Shown: positions 22,302-35,249 of the stretch, in pieces
Layout of the letters: each line of letters starts with the position of its first letter
Numbering within the stretch: position 1 is the first letter of the stretch
NCBI RefSeq assembly: GCF_964213995.1
Contig: NW_027590144.1
Coordinates: forward strand, 1,178,001 to 1,242,000
Length of the DNA stretch: 64,000 nucleotides
Direction: 5' to 3'
Origin: Mustelus asterias
Lineage: Eukaryota
The notes under the pieces: generated by a model
The model's input: only the letters and a program-made list of their open reading frames with translations
Databases searched by the model: none
Told to the model about the DNA's origin: nothing
Translations under genes and position numbers: made by a program

Positions 22302-25115
22302 CTACACTATTCCAATATCATCCATATGTTTATCCAATAACCACTTGAACGCTCTCAACGTTGACGAGTCCACCACTGCTGCAGGCAGGGCATTCCACAC
22401 CCTTACTACTCTCTGAGTAAAGAACCTACCTCTAACATCTGTCCTATACATCTCACCCCTCAATTTAAAGCTATGTCCCCTCGTGCTAGCCAACACCATC
22501 CGAGGAAAAAGGCTCTCACTATCCACCCTATCTAATCCTCTGATCATCTTGTATGCCTCTATTAAGTCCCCTCTTAACCTTCTTCTCTCTAACGAAAACA
22601 ACCTCAAGCCCCTCAGCCTTTCCTCATACGATTTTCCCACCATACCAGGCAACATCCTTGTAAATCTCATCTGCACCCTTTCTATCACTTCCATATCTTT
22701 CCTATAATACGGCGACCAGAACTGTACACAATACTCCAAATGCGGCCGCACCAGAGTTTTGTACAGTTGCAGCATGACCTCCTGGCTCCGAAACTCAATC
22801 CCTCTACCAATAAAAGCTAACACACCGTATGCCTTTTTAACAACCCTATCAACCTGGCTGCCAACTTTCAGGGATCTATGCACATGGACACCCAGATTCC
22901 TCTGTTCATCCTCACTACCAAGTATCTTACCATTAGCCAAGTACTCTGTATTCCTGTTACTCCTTCCAAAGTGAATCGCCTCACACTTTTCCTCATTGAA
23001 CTCCATTTGCCACCTCTCAGCCCAGCTCTGCAGCTTATCTATGTCCCTCTGTAACCTGCCACTTCCCTCCACACTGTCTACAACTCCACCGACTTTAGTG
23101 TCATCCGCAAATTTACTAATCCATCCTTCCACGCCCTCATCCAAGTCATTGATAAAAATGACAAACAGCAGTGGCCCCAAAACAGATCCTTGCGGTACAC
23201 CACTAGTAACTGAACTCCAGAATGAATATTTCCCATCAACCACCACCCTTTGTTTTCTTACAGCGAGCCAATTCCTGATCCAAACTGCTAAATGACCCTC
23301 AATCCCATGTGTCCGTATTTTCTGCAAAAGCTTACCATGGGGAACCTTATCAAACGCTTTGCTGAAATCCATATACACCACATCAACTGCTTTACCCTCA
23401 TCCACCTTTTTGGTCACCTTCTCAAAGAACTCAATAAGGTTTGTGAGGCACGACCTACCCTTCACAAAAGCGTGCTGACTATCCCTAATCAAATTATTCC
23501 TTTCTAGGTGATTATAAATCCTATCTCTTATAATCCTTTCCAATACTTTGCCCACAACAGAAGTAAGGCTCAACGGTCTATAATTACCAGGGTTGTCCCT
23601 CCTCCCCTTCTTGAACAAGGGGACAACATTTGCTGTCCTCCAGTCTTCTGGCACTCTTCCTGTCGACAATGACGACACAAAGATCAAAGCCAAAGGCGCT
23701 GCAATCTCCTCCTCCCAGAGAATCCTAGGATAAATCCCATCCGGCCCAGGGAACTTATCTATTTTTACCCTTTCCAGAATTGCTAACACCTCCTCCTTAG
23801 GAACATCAATCCCATCCAGTCCAACAGCCTGCATCTCAGTACTCCCCTCGACAACACTGTCCCTCTCCAGTGTGAATACCGACGAAAAATATTCATTTTG
23901 TGCCTCTCCTATCTCTTCAGACTCCATGCACAACTTCCCACTCCTGTCCTTGACTGGCCCTAATCTTACCCTCGTCATTCTTTTACTCCTGACATACCTA
24001 TAGAAAGCTTTAGGGTTTTCCTTGATCCTACCCGCCAAAGAGTTCTCATGTCCCCTCCTGGCTCTTCTTAACTCTTTCTTTAGGCCCTTCCTGGCTAACT
24101 TGAAACTCTCAAGCGCCCTAACTGAGCCTTCACGTCTCATCTTAACATAAGTCTCCTTCTTCCTCTTCACAAGAGATTCAACCTCCTGAGTAAACCACGG
24201 TTCCCTCACACGTCTGCTTCCTCCCTGCCAGACAGGTACATATTTATCAAGGACGTGTAGTAGCTGTTCCTTGAACAAGTTCCACATTACAATTGTGCCC
24301 ATCCCCTGCAGTTTCCTTTCCCAACCTATGCCAGCTAAATCTCGCCTAATCGCATCATAATTTCCTTTCCCCCAGCTATAACTCTTGCCCTTTGTTATAT
24401 ATCTATCCTTTTCTATTACTAAAGTAAACGTAATCGAATTGTGGTCACTGTCACCAAAGTGCTCACCTACCTCCAAATCTAACACCTGGCCTGGTTCATT
24501 ACCCAGTACCAAATCCAATGTGGCCTCGCCTCTTGTTGGTCTATCTACATACTGCGTCAGGAAGCCTTCCTGCACACACTGGACAAAAACCGATCCCTCT
24601 AAAGTACTCGAACTATAGCTTTTCCAGTCAATATTTGTAAAGTTAAAGTCCCCCAGTACAACTACCCTGTTACTTTCGCTCCTATCCAGAATCATCTTTG
24701 CAATCTTTTCTTCTACATCTCTGGAACTTTTCGGAGGTCTATAAAAAACTCCCAACAGGGTGACCTCTCGTTTCCTGTTTCTAACCTCAGCCCAAACTAC
24801 CTCAGTAGACGAGTCCTCATCAAATGTCCTTTCTGCCACCGTAATACTGTCCTTAACTAACAATGCCACACCTCCCCCTCTTTTACCACCTTCCCTGCAC
24901 TTACTGAAACATCTAAACCCCGGAACCTGCAACAACCATTGCTGTCCCTGCTCTATACATGTCTCCGAGATGGCCACAACATCGAAATCCCAGGTACCAA
25001 CCCATGCTGCAAGCTCACCCACCTTATTCCGGATGCTCCTGGCGTTGAAGTATACACACTTCAAACCGCCTTCCTGCCTCCCAGTACACTCCTGCGACTC
25101 TGAAACCTCATCCAT
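22302..25115 (-). CDS. LINE ORF2: apurinic-type endonuclease + reverse transcriptase, 937 aa
   Basis: APE motifs YFNARS, ISET, GDFN, LDLVL, SDHN; RT motifs YRPLSL, DFSKAFDKV, GVPQGSVLGP, KFADD; no stops. Confidence 0.95.
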   Translation of the reverse strand: MDEVSESQECTGRQEGGLKCVYFNARSIRNKVGELAAWVGTWDFDVVAISETCIEQGQQWLLQVPGFRCFSKCREGGKRGGGVALLVKDSITVAERTFDEDSSTEVVWAEVRNRKREVTLLGVFYRPPKSSRDVEEKIAKMILDRSESNRVVVLGDFNFTNIDWKSYSSSTLEGSVFVQCVQEGFLTQYVDRPTRGEATLDLVLGNEPGQVLDLEVGEHFGDSDHNSITFTLVIEKDRYITKGKSYSWGKGNYDAIRRDLAGIGWERKLQGMGTIVMWNLFKEQLLHVLDKYVPVWQGGSRRVREPWFTQEVESLVKRKKETYVKMRREGSVRALESFKLARKGLKKELRRARRGHENSLAGRIKENPKAFYRYVRSKRMTRVRLGPVKDRSGKLCMESEEIGEAQNEYFSSVFTLERDSVVEGSTEMQAVGLDGIDVPKEEVLAILERVKIDKFPGPDGIYPRILWEEEIAAPLALIFVSSLSTGRVPEDWRTANVVPLFKKGRRDNPGNYRPLSLTSVVGKVLERIIRDRIYNHLERNNLIRDSQHAFVKGRSCLTNLIEFFEKVTKKVDEGKAVDVVYMDFSKAFDKVPHGKLLQKIRTHGIEGHLAVWIRNWLAVRKQRVVVDGKYSFWSSVTSGVPQGSVLGPLLFVIFINDLDEGVEGWISKFADDTKVGGVVDSVEGSGRLQRDIDKLQSWAERWQMEFNEEKCEAIHFGRSNRNTEYLANGKILGSEDEQRNLGVHVHRSLKVGSQVDRVVKKAYGVLAFIGRGIEFRSQEVMLQLYKTLVRPHLEYCVQFWSPYYRKDMEVIERVQMRFTRMLPGMVGKSYEERLRGLRLFSLERRRLRGDLIEAYKMIRGLDRVDSESLFPRMVLASTRGHSFKLRGEMYRTDVRGRFFTQRVVRVWNALPAAVVDSSTLRAFKWLLDKHMDDIGIV

Positions 25116-25150
25116 GACCTCACTACCCTCAACCCCCTGTTCACCGGAGC

Positions 25151-25210
25151 TGCAATTCAGCTCAATTCAGCTCAATTCAGCTCAGTTCAGCTCAATTCAG
25201 CTCAATTCAA
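25151..25210. repeat. Six tandem 10-bp units (ctcaattcag) at the 5' junction of the nested LINE
   Basis: Directly visible. Confidence 0.95.
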
Positions 25211-26737
25211 TTATGAGGAAAGGTTGAGGGAGCTAGGGCTGTTCTCTCTGGAGCGGAGGAGGCTGAGGGGAGACTTAATAGAGGTTTATAAAATGATGAA
25301 GGGGATACATAGAGTGAACATTCAAAGACTATTTCCTCGGGTGGATGGAGCTATTACAAGGGGGCATAACTATAGGGTTCGTGGTGGGAGATATAGGAAG
25401 GATATCAGAGGTAGGTTCTTTATGCAGAGTGGTTGGGGTGTGGAATGGACTGCCTGCAGTGATAGTGGAGTCAGACACTTTAGGAACATTTAAGCGGTTA
25501 TTGGATAGGCACATGGAGCACACCAGGATGATAGGGAGTGGGATAGCTTGATTTTGGTTTCAGATAAAGCTCGGCACAACATCGTGGGCCGAAGGGCCTG
25601 TTCTGTGCTGTACTGTTCTATGTATTTTCCTTGACAAAGTCATATCAAACATTCAAAAGGCAGGTACAGTGTGTTTAGATGCAGAGTAAATTCCCTCGAC
25701 ACTGTCCAGTCAAATACTCCAAGGACAGGGACAGCACCGACTAAATATAGGGAAAGATCCTTCGGTACTGCCACATCGAATCCTTATCACTCGGTACAGC
25801 CGAGGTTAGATACAGAAGAAAATGTATCAAGCATTTCAAGATCATAGAATGCTCACGAGACCTTTTCGAGTAAATTTCACTCACGGATTCCAATTCATTT
25901 AATTACATTCTTTGAGAAACCTATAACTCTGGCTGAGAGAATACATTGGGCTATGTGCTGTGGAGTGAAGACGATGAACCATCGTGGAGAGACAAGGCCA
26001 CAGAACCAGAAATGAGAAAGACAGAGAAAGAGATGAAACGCAGGAAATTTCCACAAACACATTCTCCGTGTCATTATATTTCGGGATCAGAGGGAATATT
26101 TCCTAATTCTGAACATAGATATCATCATGGTGTTTTCCTCATATAACCGATGAATAAATAATGTTGAAAAACAATCATTACTGGAATCCGTTGATTGATT
26201 TGCATGGTTTCTATGGTTTGCATGGTCTCTATTTCTGTGCTGTGTTCGTGGGGAAATATTTGTTGTGTTTTTGTCAGTCAACAATCTAATTTGGAATTTC
26301 TATTTTTATATTTATTTACATAAACACCTCACTGGTTACAACGAAATGTTCATGACAGCAAAACCAGATAAACCGTCACTTATTGATCAGTTTCAACTCA
26401 AAATAGCAGTTTATTTTAAGAATATTACCAGTTGGTTCAAAATGAATAGAAACTTTTTCAACATTCATTACACCAGTTGTATTTAATTAAAATAAAATGA
26501 TACGTTCCATTTCAGAATTAGTTCTGAAAGTTCTGATGTCACAATTAATAAAGCATCTGTGAACAGGCAGATATTCCACTGAATGTTAATTTGATTGAGG
26601 ATTTAATCTGTTTAAACTAGACAAGTTAAATAAAAAAAACAGATCTGATGTCTGACGTATTCCTGTCAGAAATAGTGATCACACTCACACGAGGGAAGAA
26701 TAAAAAATCCAGTGCTGTTATCACTGAAAGATACAAT

Positions 26738-27220
26738 TAGCTTTACTGCCTCACAGGCGACAGGGAAGCGGGTTCGATTCCAGCCTTGGGTGACTGTGTA
26801 TGGGTTTCACATTCTACCCATATCCATGTGAGTTTCCTCCGAGTGCTCCAGTTTCCTTCCACGGTCCAAGGATATGCAGGTTAGGTGGATTGGCTATGAT
26901 AAATTGCCCGTTAGCGTCCAATGATGTGCAATGTAGAATCATAGAAACCCTACAGTGCAGAAGGAGACCATTCGGTTCATCAAGTCTGCACCAGCTATCC
27001 AGCAGAGCATCCTTCCCAGGTCCAAGGTGGATTGTCTATGCTAAATTTCCTGTTAGTGTCCAAAGATGTATAGGTTCAGGGGATTAGCCTGTGAATATGT
27101 GTCATTGTCGGGATAGGGTGAAGGCTGGGCCCAGGTAGGATGCTCTGCTGGAGAGCCGCTGCAGACTTGTTGGACCGAATGGCGTCCTTTTGAACTGTGG
27201 GGATTCTATGATTTTATGCT
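26738..27220 (+). mobile_element. HE1-type SINE carrying an inverted copy of a SINE 3' tail (~26934-27025)
   Basis: B box gggttcgattcc and V-domain; 26934-27025 is approximately the reverse complement of 27128-27216. Confidence 0.7.
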
Positions 27221-27910
27221 GCTATGATCAGGCAGAGGAGTCTCTATATTCGCATTAATCTCAGCGCTTCCAAAGAATTACAACTTTCATTTTGGTGGAA
27301 CTTGCATTTATAGAACACTTTACCCGACCTCATGTCGTCCCAAAGTTCTTAAACGTCACTGATGGGCATTTGCTGAATTTAGTCACTGCTGTAATGGTGG
27401 AAATACAGCAGGTAATTTGCGTACAACAAAATCCCACAAACCGAGATGTGATAAATGGCCAGTAAATTTGCGATTTTATTTGAAGAATGAGGATTTGGGT
27501 AGGATATTGAGCAGAACAGCCTTGCTCTTTATAATTATATCAAGAGATTTTGCATCCTGGCATCGATCTTAAATGTGAATCAGGTTCTCTCTCTGCTGAT
27601 GTCCATTGAGCTGCTGAGTAGCACTTCTGTTGTTTTAGTTTTAGATTTCCGGAATCTGCAGCACTTTACTCTGTTTTTATTGATCCTCTGGATGTGAGCA
27701 TCACTGTTAAAGCCAACATTAATGATCCCTGCTGAAAAGGCGATTGTGAACCACCTTGTTGAAAGCTGCCCTCTGGACCATTTTATTGTTTGACTTTCCA
27801 TAGCAGCTTTGATACAACTCGATTGCTTGCTTGGCAATTTCTGTGGTGGCTCAGAGTCATTTCCATCACAGTGGAAATGGAGCCTATGTAGGACAGACAG
27901 GGTAAAGTTA

Positions 27911-28432
27911 AGAATCTTCGGTTTTCAGTTATTTCGAAAGAGACGAAGTTGTTTGAAGTATAGAAGCAAATTACTGTGAATTCTGGAATTGAAATCAAAA
28001 GAGAAAATGCTGAAAATTCTCAGCCGGCCTGGTAACATCTGTAAGGAGAGAAAAGAGCAGACGTTTCGAGTCCAGATGATCTTTCGACAAAGCTTTGACA
28101 AAGGATCATCTTAACTCGAAAAGTCAGCTCTTTTCTCTCGTTACAGCTGCTGCCGGACTGGCTGAGATTTTCCAGCATTTTCTCTTTAGTTGTTTTAAGT
28201 GTCTTTGGGCGGAGTAAATTGATTCTGTATCCCTGGGGCGGAGGAATTGTAGGTTGATCCAAGACTATCGTACTGAAGAAGACACTATGAACGTTGTCCA
28301 GGGACCTGTGGGACCCGAACCATCCAGTTGCTGCCAATATTCACGCGTTGGCTTTACTGCTCAGTCTCAGGGAGCCTCAGGGACCTCCGGTTTCTGCTTC
28401 TGGCCGAGTCAACATAACCTCCAATTCGATAT
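27911..28432 (-). pseudogene. Decayed, 3'-truncated VH pseudogene interrupted by a 228-bp insertion
   Basis: EVMLTRPEAETGGP*GSLRLSSKAN/fs/VNIGSNWMVRVPQVPGQRS*CLLQYDSLGSTYNSSAPGIQNQFTPPKDT*NN [insert] NNFVSFEIT/fs/LKTEDS. Acceptor AG>AA, first Cys and FR2 Trp lost, no YYC or RSS. Leader-intron homology at ~28782-28877; leader and TATA appear deleted. Confidence 0.9.
27960..28187. mobile_element. Short palindromic Penelope-terminus-like insertion with 13-bp TSD
   Basis: TSD agttgtttgaagt (27947-27959) / agttgttttaagt (28188-28200); ~27998-28187 is a long imperfect palindrome containing gactcgaaacgt; related copies near 17640, 18040 and 62835. Confidence 0.75.
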
Positions 28433-28449
28433 TTGTAAAAATATTTAAA

Positions 28450-28785
28450 ACACAATGAAAATAAAACGCCACACACCCGAACATACTCTCTCACCTTTTC
28501 ACATCGGGAACAAGGTACAAAAGTATGAGGACACGTACCAACCGACTTAAAACCGACTTCTTTCCTGCTGCAATCAGACTTTTGAATGGACCTACATCGC
28601 ATTAAGTTAATTTTTCTCGACACCCTCGCTATGACTGCAACAGTGCATTCTGCACTCTCTCGTTTCCTTCTCTATGTACGGTATGCTCTCTCTGCATAGT
28701 GCGCAAGAAAGAATAATTTTCACTCTGTACTAATATGCATGACAATAATAAATCAAATGAAACCAAATCAAATCAAATCAAATAA
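28450..28785 (+). mobile_element. Rex/L2-type LINE 3' end with (aaatc)n tail, inside the pseudogene intron
   Basis: Reverse-complement homology to 60942-61130; tail aaatcaaatcaaatcaaa. Confidence 0.7.
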
Positions 28786-29504
28786 ATCAAAAACCCCGAG
28801 GATTATTCCCGATGAATTGATTGCTGACACTGTAACATTCCAGAGGTAGACCAACACTGAGGCATTAACAGTGAGATCCATTCTCATGTCTCTGCTAGTC
28901 CAAGAGATGAAATTGTATTTCAGTCTCTGTTATAAAAAAAACAATTTCTTTGTAAATTAAGTCTCTTCATTTATGCACCTCTCCACAAGGGATTAGACAT
29001 AAACAAGATGACATTACCTTATCAGGGTAAATACGTCAATCTGATTTGCAATAATTCTGTGTCTCTAACACAGTGCAGCAAAAATATAATCCATTTCAGG
29101 AATTATTATCGATTTATTGCATTTCGGGTGTTGGTAGCTATTACTGTAACTTGGGACTGGATATAAGAAGAAGGGAAGCAAAGGCCTAGTGTATTTATCG
29201 CGAGACAATTAATCCACAAACTCAACTAATGTTCTCAGGATCCGGCTTCGAATCCCGCTGCGGCAGATGGAGGAATTTGAATTCAGTAAAAACATCTGGA
29301 ATTAAGAATCTACTTATGACCATGATATCATTGCCGATTGTGTAAAATCCAATCTGGTTCACAAATGTTTTTGAGGGAAGGGAATCTGCTGTCCTTACTC
29401 GGTCTGGCCGACATGTGATTCCAGGGCCACAGCAATGTGGTTGGCTCTCAACTGCCCTCGGAAAAGGGGTGGACAATAAATGCTGATCATCCAGTGGCAC
29501 CCAT

Positions 29505-29820
29505 GTCCATAGAATCCCTGCAGAGCAGAAGGTGGCCATTTGGCCTATCGGGCCCGCACCGACACCATTCCCATCCAGGCCCTATACCTATCTCCCACGT
29601 ATATTGCTTGCTAATTCCCTTGACACTATGGGACAATTTATCATCGCCAATCAGCATAAGCAGCACATCCTTGGACCGTATGAGTAAATAGGCAGACAAT
29701 TGGAGAGTGTGCAGACGCCACAGAGACAGTGACTCCACACAGACTCAAACCGGTAATTGAACCCGGGTCCTTGGCGCTGTGAGGCAGAAATGCTGACAAC
29801 TATGCCCATGTGCCACCCAG
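29505..29820 (-). mobile_element. HE1/V-SINE-type SINE, diverged
   Basis: Reverse tRNA head (ttgaacccgggtccttggcgctgtgaggcag) and catagaatccc tail. Confidence 0.75.
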
Positions 29821-32800
29821 GAATGAATTGAAAAAACTTCATCTGATACAATGTTACACTTTATATTCCTCCAACAGCTCCTTAACCCTGTGAAAATTAA
29901 CGGTGAAATAAACCTGGTTGGCTTATAATTAATTGAGTTGACAAAGAAACATAAAATTGAAATCGACATTTGACAGAGAACTTAACGAATCAGAATGGAC
30001 ACAGCGATCAGGAAAGTTCTCCGTCAGCATCCAAATCATGGCAGCTCATTTTATTGGCCACCGGCTGTCTAACATTCACTGGTAGTGGGAGCACAGGGCA
30101 TCAGGACTTTGCGGCATATTGCACAATATCACAAGAATAAATGTTTTATCTTCCAAGGAACCAGGCTATGAACTGGTCATTTCTTCACAGATTGGCAGCT
30201 CTGAGAGGCACTGTTCAATAATCGAGATCAGATTATGCTGCACAACAGAACATGGTACCACTCAGGTAGAAGAGACGGTGTCTTTTTAATGAGGGGCAGA
30301 ACACTGAGAATATTCCAGGAATCCGCGCTGTTCGAGGCAGTCATATGACTTTCATTTGCTTTTAATTATTTTCATTTTTGGGCCATTACACAGATCTCAT
30401 TGGACTGAGGGATTGGGGACATCAAAATTTATTTCGTGCACTTCATGAAATTGCTCACAAAGTGGCTTTAATTGTTGGAAGGACATTTATTTGGAAGTTA
30501 TACAAATGGAATAGCACCTAGCCAAATTACTACTTTCCGATACTGTTTAATCACATAATTAACAGTGCATTCACTTTAAATATTTGCTTGGAATGAATAC
30601 CATTTAAGACGTGTCTTTCTTGTGGGAATCAAGCATTTATTACATAACTGGCTGTCCCATTTTATCCTTACATATTCACGCTGATCTGTCCCACGCAGTA
30701 ATTGGCAGCAGTCCAACCTGCTGCCAAATACCCGAAGATATTTACAGGAAGCATCTGAGGGTGTTTGTTCAGAAACTCAAAGATCTGTTTCCTCAGTACT
30801 GAGCGCTTGGCTGCAAGCCAACTTCAAACTCTTAGCATTGTCAATGGGGCCTATTTATAAACAAATCTGCCCAGCAACAGTACTGGAAGCAACTTAATTA
30901 TTTTTAAAGTTGTAAACCTATATGAATGCTTCCCATTTCCCAGGAACAGAAAGCTATCCAGCTTCTCTGGCACCTTGTTAGCAACAATGATGATCGCTCC
31001 AACACAACAAAACACTGTGATCGATGGATAGAAATAAATACAGGCAGATTGTGAGAGTTGATTCAGAGAGTTGATATATTTTATACGACATAAACATGTA
31101 TGCTTGTGTTTTATTTCACTTTATTCTTCCATGGGACGTGGGAGTCTCTGGAAAGACCAACATTTGTTTCATGTGCCTAATTTGTTTTGAACTGAGTGAT
31201 GTGCTAGGGCATCTCAGAAGGCATTGCCCAGTTACGCATATTGCTGTCAGTCTGGAGTCACACCCTGGTGAGACAAATGGGATGGCAGATTTCCTTGACT
31301 GGAGAATCAGAGAGGTTTACCTGGTTGCTGTCAGTATAGATCCAGATTTATTGATTGAATTCAAATTCCACCAGCCGCCATGGTCGGATTTAATCTCGTG
31401 TTCCCACATGACTGACCTGGGCTTCTGGATTACTGGTCCACTGGCATTAATATTGCGCCACCATCTACAGAAAATAATAAAGAACTGCTTGTGTTGAGGC
31501 AGGGATGAACGATACTTGGATGCCTGAATACTATATGGATTTAGCGATCAGACCAAAACTGGTCCTGAAATTTATTGTTCTACATTCGCATAATTGTGTT
31601 TTACTACTTCAAAAATCGAAGCAGGTCCTTTATTACAATTGTGTCAGTCTATAACCTTTAGTCCTTCCAGATTTTCCGGGTGAATTCCATCCCCGTCATA
31701 TCGGGAACAAATGAATTGAAGCTCAGTAGGAGTAGTCTGATTTATTTCCCCTGCTGATGGTGAATCTTCAAATCCAAGATGGAATGAGGGAACATGATTA
31801 GCTTGGTGAGGGAGGATTGTAATATTTGGAACATGTGGCCTTTCTCGTGCAACAAATCACTCAACAGATCATCACCCAAATTGGTGAAGATAACAGGCTA
31901 AAACATAAATAATGTGGCAACTAAAATATTGTGAAATTCATTGGACAGCCTCAAGTTTTAAATTAGTTTCCAGAACTGTGTAATAATGAATCTTGATTTT
32001 AAGCTTTTATAACTTCACATTAGATACAGATATTTTCAGTTATACAGTCATTTTAAAAATGGTCACACACTCCAGTTACATATCAGGAGTTTCTGTGTGA
32101 TGATGAGGTGATTACTTGTCAATAAAGCGTAGAGGCTGCTGGGTAGCTGCTCCTCATCCACGTCTGATTTAATTCAATTTCCCGCTGAATTCTGGGGCAG
32201 ATTTGATTCTTTGGTGACAGAAAGGCCAAATCGAACTCAATACATTTGAATCTCGATATATTATATTAAATAAACTGCAAATATATTTGTATCATATAAA
32301 ATGCTGAAAATAATTGGTGAAATATCAATTTATTTTTGTGAATTGAAGATTAGTCATAATATTCATTCTCGGCGATGACCATCTCCAAATAGGGAGAATC
32401 TGCCCATTGTCCCTTGTCACTTGATGATATTACGATAGTGAATCACCCACTATAAACATCGTCGAGTTTACCATTGGCTAATTAACTAGGTATATAAATG
32501 CTCCGGCTGGAATATCAAGTCAGCCTGCTGTGAGTAACCCACCTCCTGACTCCCCAACCCTGTCCACCACCTACAAGGCACGAATCAGGAGTGTAATAGA
32601 GTTCTCTCCACTTTCTTGAATGAGTGCAGCTCAAACAACATTTAAGAAGCTTTATACCATTAAGGACAAAGCAGCCGGCTTGACTGGCACAGAATTTGGA
32701 AATGCTACTCCATCCACCATTGACAAACAACAGCAACATTATGTACCATGTACAAGTTTCACTTCAGGAACTCACCAAGACTCCTGAGGCAGCACTCCCA

Positions 32801-34059
32801 ACCACATGACAGTTACCACCTCGAAGGACAGGAGTGACAGTTATAGGTTATCACCTATGAATTCCCCTCCAAGTCATTCATATACCTGACTTGGAAGTAT
32901 ATCGCCCTTCCTTCAGTGTCGCTGGGTCAAAATCATGGAACTCCCTCTGTAACAGCTCTGTCTGTATACCTACACCACAAGTTGTGCAGCAATTCAAGAA
33001 TGCTGCTCACCACCAGCTTACGAAGGGCAATTAGGGATAGGCAACAAATGTTGACCTCGCCAGCAACGCCCACATCCCTTAAATTAAAATTTAAATATAT
33101 TAATGTTTATGAATGGATGATAACTTGAGAACAAAATTGTGCAACTTTGTGAATGGCAATTATTGAAAATAAATACCACTTTTCTGAACATTTACGAGCT
33201 TCTCTTTCTCTGTTGGAAGATGGGATGCGTTCCACAGGAGATGCATGATTCAAAAACATCACACTATCTGAAAACAAAGCCGACAAGGGGACACTGCAAC
33301 AACTACAGATATATCTGCATCATGGCATTAAGGGAAAGGCATTTGTCAGTGTCACACTTTAAAACTTTCACCTGCTTGAAGACCTGGATTACCCTGAACC
33401 TCAGTGTTGTATTTGTAATGGAAGACTGATTCCGGAAAACATCAGCTCCATTTGCCCTATGTACTTACCTTTACTTTCGTTAATTTCATCAAGACATTCT
33501 ATACCGGTGGCAGAACAGGGACTACAATATTTGGGGGAAATTCGCTCTCCATCAGAACTCCTTGGTCTCATTCATGACACAGAAAGCGACAACGTACAAC
33601 CACAATTGATAGCTTCATGTGCAACATTTGTAGCAAAATCAGCCACTCAAAAATTGTCCTCAACAAAGGTGACATGTGAAAAAGAAGCCATTCTGAAATT
33701 GATATGTTTATTATTTGTCTAAACTTCGATTGTAAATGGAAGGTTGCCTGTTATGATTGTGAAATTGATTTGTAAACAATATGCCGTTTTTCAGACAACG
33801 CACACAGACACAAACACGCACGCATATATTCGCTCTTGTTCTCATTCTGTCACACACACACACACACACAGACACACACATTATCCTTCAACTTTAGACT
33901 CCGTCTTGGCTTCCTGGGAGGCTTCAGAGACAATGATCCCAACTATCTTTCAGATGGAATGATGAACAAATAAACTTTCCTCAACGCTATGTTTGCTGAG
34001 CTGGACGTTGAAGGTCCCATGGTCTCCAGCAGCGCCCTGGTCAACATCCCTCCTTCAAA

Positions 34060-34860
34060 ACAAAATGAGCTCCTCGAACTCGCCCCGCCATTCAATACGA
34101 TCATAGCTGATCTGTGGCCGAATCCATGCACCTGCCCTCGGCCCATATCCCTTGATACCACTGTGCAATAAAAAATCGATCTCAGACTTAAATCGAACAA
34201 TTGAACCAACACCCACCGGCGTTTGGGGAAGAGAGTTCCAAACATCCACCTCTCTCTGCGTGTAGAAATACTTTCTACCAACTCTCCTGAACGTCTTGGC
34301 CCTATTTTTTAAACTATGGCTCTTGATTCTCAAGCCTTCAACTGATGGAAACATTTTATCTTTATCCACCCCGTCCTTCCCTGTAATTATTTCATAGATT
34401 TCGATCTGAGCACGCCTCAACCTTCTGAATTCGAGAGAAAAAGTCCTAATTTGTCTGATCTCTCCTCGCAAGTTGCGTTGAACTCCCTCCAGAGCCAACA
34501 TCTTTCCAAAGGTGTGTTGCCCATACCTGCTCACAGTGCTCTAATTGGGGTCTAACAAGGATTTTACACAATTGCAGTACAACATCTGCATCCCTATACT
34601 CCAGTCCTTTGGATAAGAAGGCCAGCATTCCGTTCACCTTAATGATTATTTTCTGCATCAGATCGTGACATTTTTAGAAACTATGCGCCTCACCCCAAAT
34701 CGTGTTTGGTATCCACTAAATTCAACTTTGTGCCTTCTAAAAAATATATACCTTGATCTATCATTTGGACATTTGGCTTTTTGTGCTATTATCTAAGCCC
34801 TTAATGAATATTGTAAATAATTGAGGCTCCAGACAGATTCCTGCGGGACACCACTGAACC
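34060..34860 (-). mobile_element. Decayed CR1-type LINE 3' fragment
   Basis: ORFs 34446-34658 (LVRPQLEHCEQVW) and 34055-34534 (FSLEFRRLR...WNSLP). Confidence 0.8.
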
Positions 34861-35249
34861 TGCATGATTCAGCAACGTACGTGTACAATTCTTTGCACCT
34901 TAAATTTTGGCACCTCGCAGAAGGGGATGTGGTATTACATTAATGGATGTGAATTCTTGCTACATTAATATCACAGATCATACCTGACAGCGATATTTTC
35001 ACAGTAACTGTAATTACAAAGTGTTGCCAGCAGATGGAAATGAAATCTTGATGGGTTATATTACATGAAGCATGGACTGCCGCAATATATGCTACACTAA
35101 TCCCTGTATCTGTTCATTTTGAATTGGCCTCCATATGTATATATGTTAGAATGGGGCCTGTCTATGATTATAATATATTGTATCATGTGGCACCCTGTTT
35201 AAACTGATATTGCACCAGTTCATGTCAATGTATACATCACACAATCACT

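Larger units (their letters stand above)
22213..25210 (-). mobile_element. Nested CR1-type LINE with complete ORF2, truncated just upstream of ORF2
   Basis: (gttctat) tail at 22213-22227; contains the 937-aa ORF. Confidence 0.95.
21732..25623 (+). mobile_element. CR1-type LINE 3' fragment split by a nested opposite-strand CR1
   Basis: Frame ...MLPGLEGRS (to 22212) resumes as YEERLRELGLFSLERRR at ~25212; gttctatg tail near 25620. Confidence 0.9.
13073..27907. repeat. Tandem segmental duplication, copy A (VH FR3 through ~14.8 kb upstream)
   Basis: Collinear homology with 27911-42212, e.g. 13365~28785, 13985~29060, 15230~29930, 16960~31650, 19260~37025, 20800~38770, 25980~40328, 27640-27907~41940-42212. 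Confidence 0.88.

Noticed and set aside
25151-25210. (GAGCTGAATT)n as a switch region or CRISPR-like array
   Set aside because: Only 60 bp, no spacers, upstream of V and located exactly at a LINE 5' junction.
26198-26205. Octamer ATTTGCAT (also near 37243, 39242, 43797, 50314)
   Set aside because: Far from any V start; several lie inside TEs; the 26198 site is not kept in copy B.
33466-33575. Minus-strand short ORF ending at a strong ggtaagta donor
   Set aside because: No recognisable product or partner exons.
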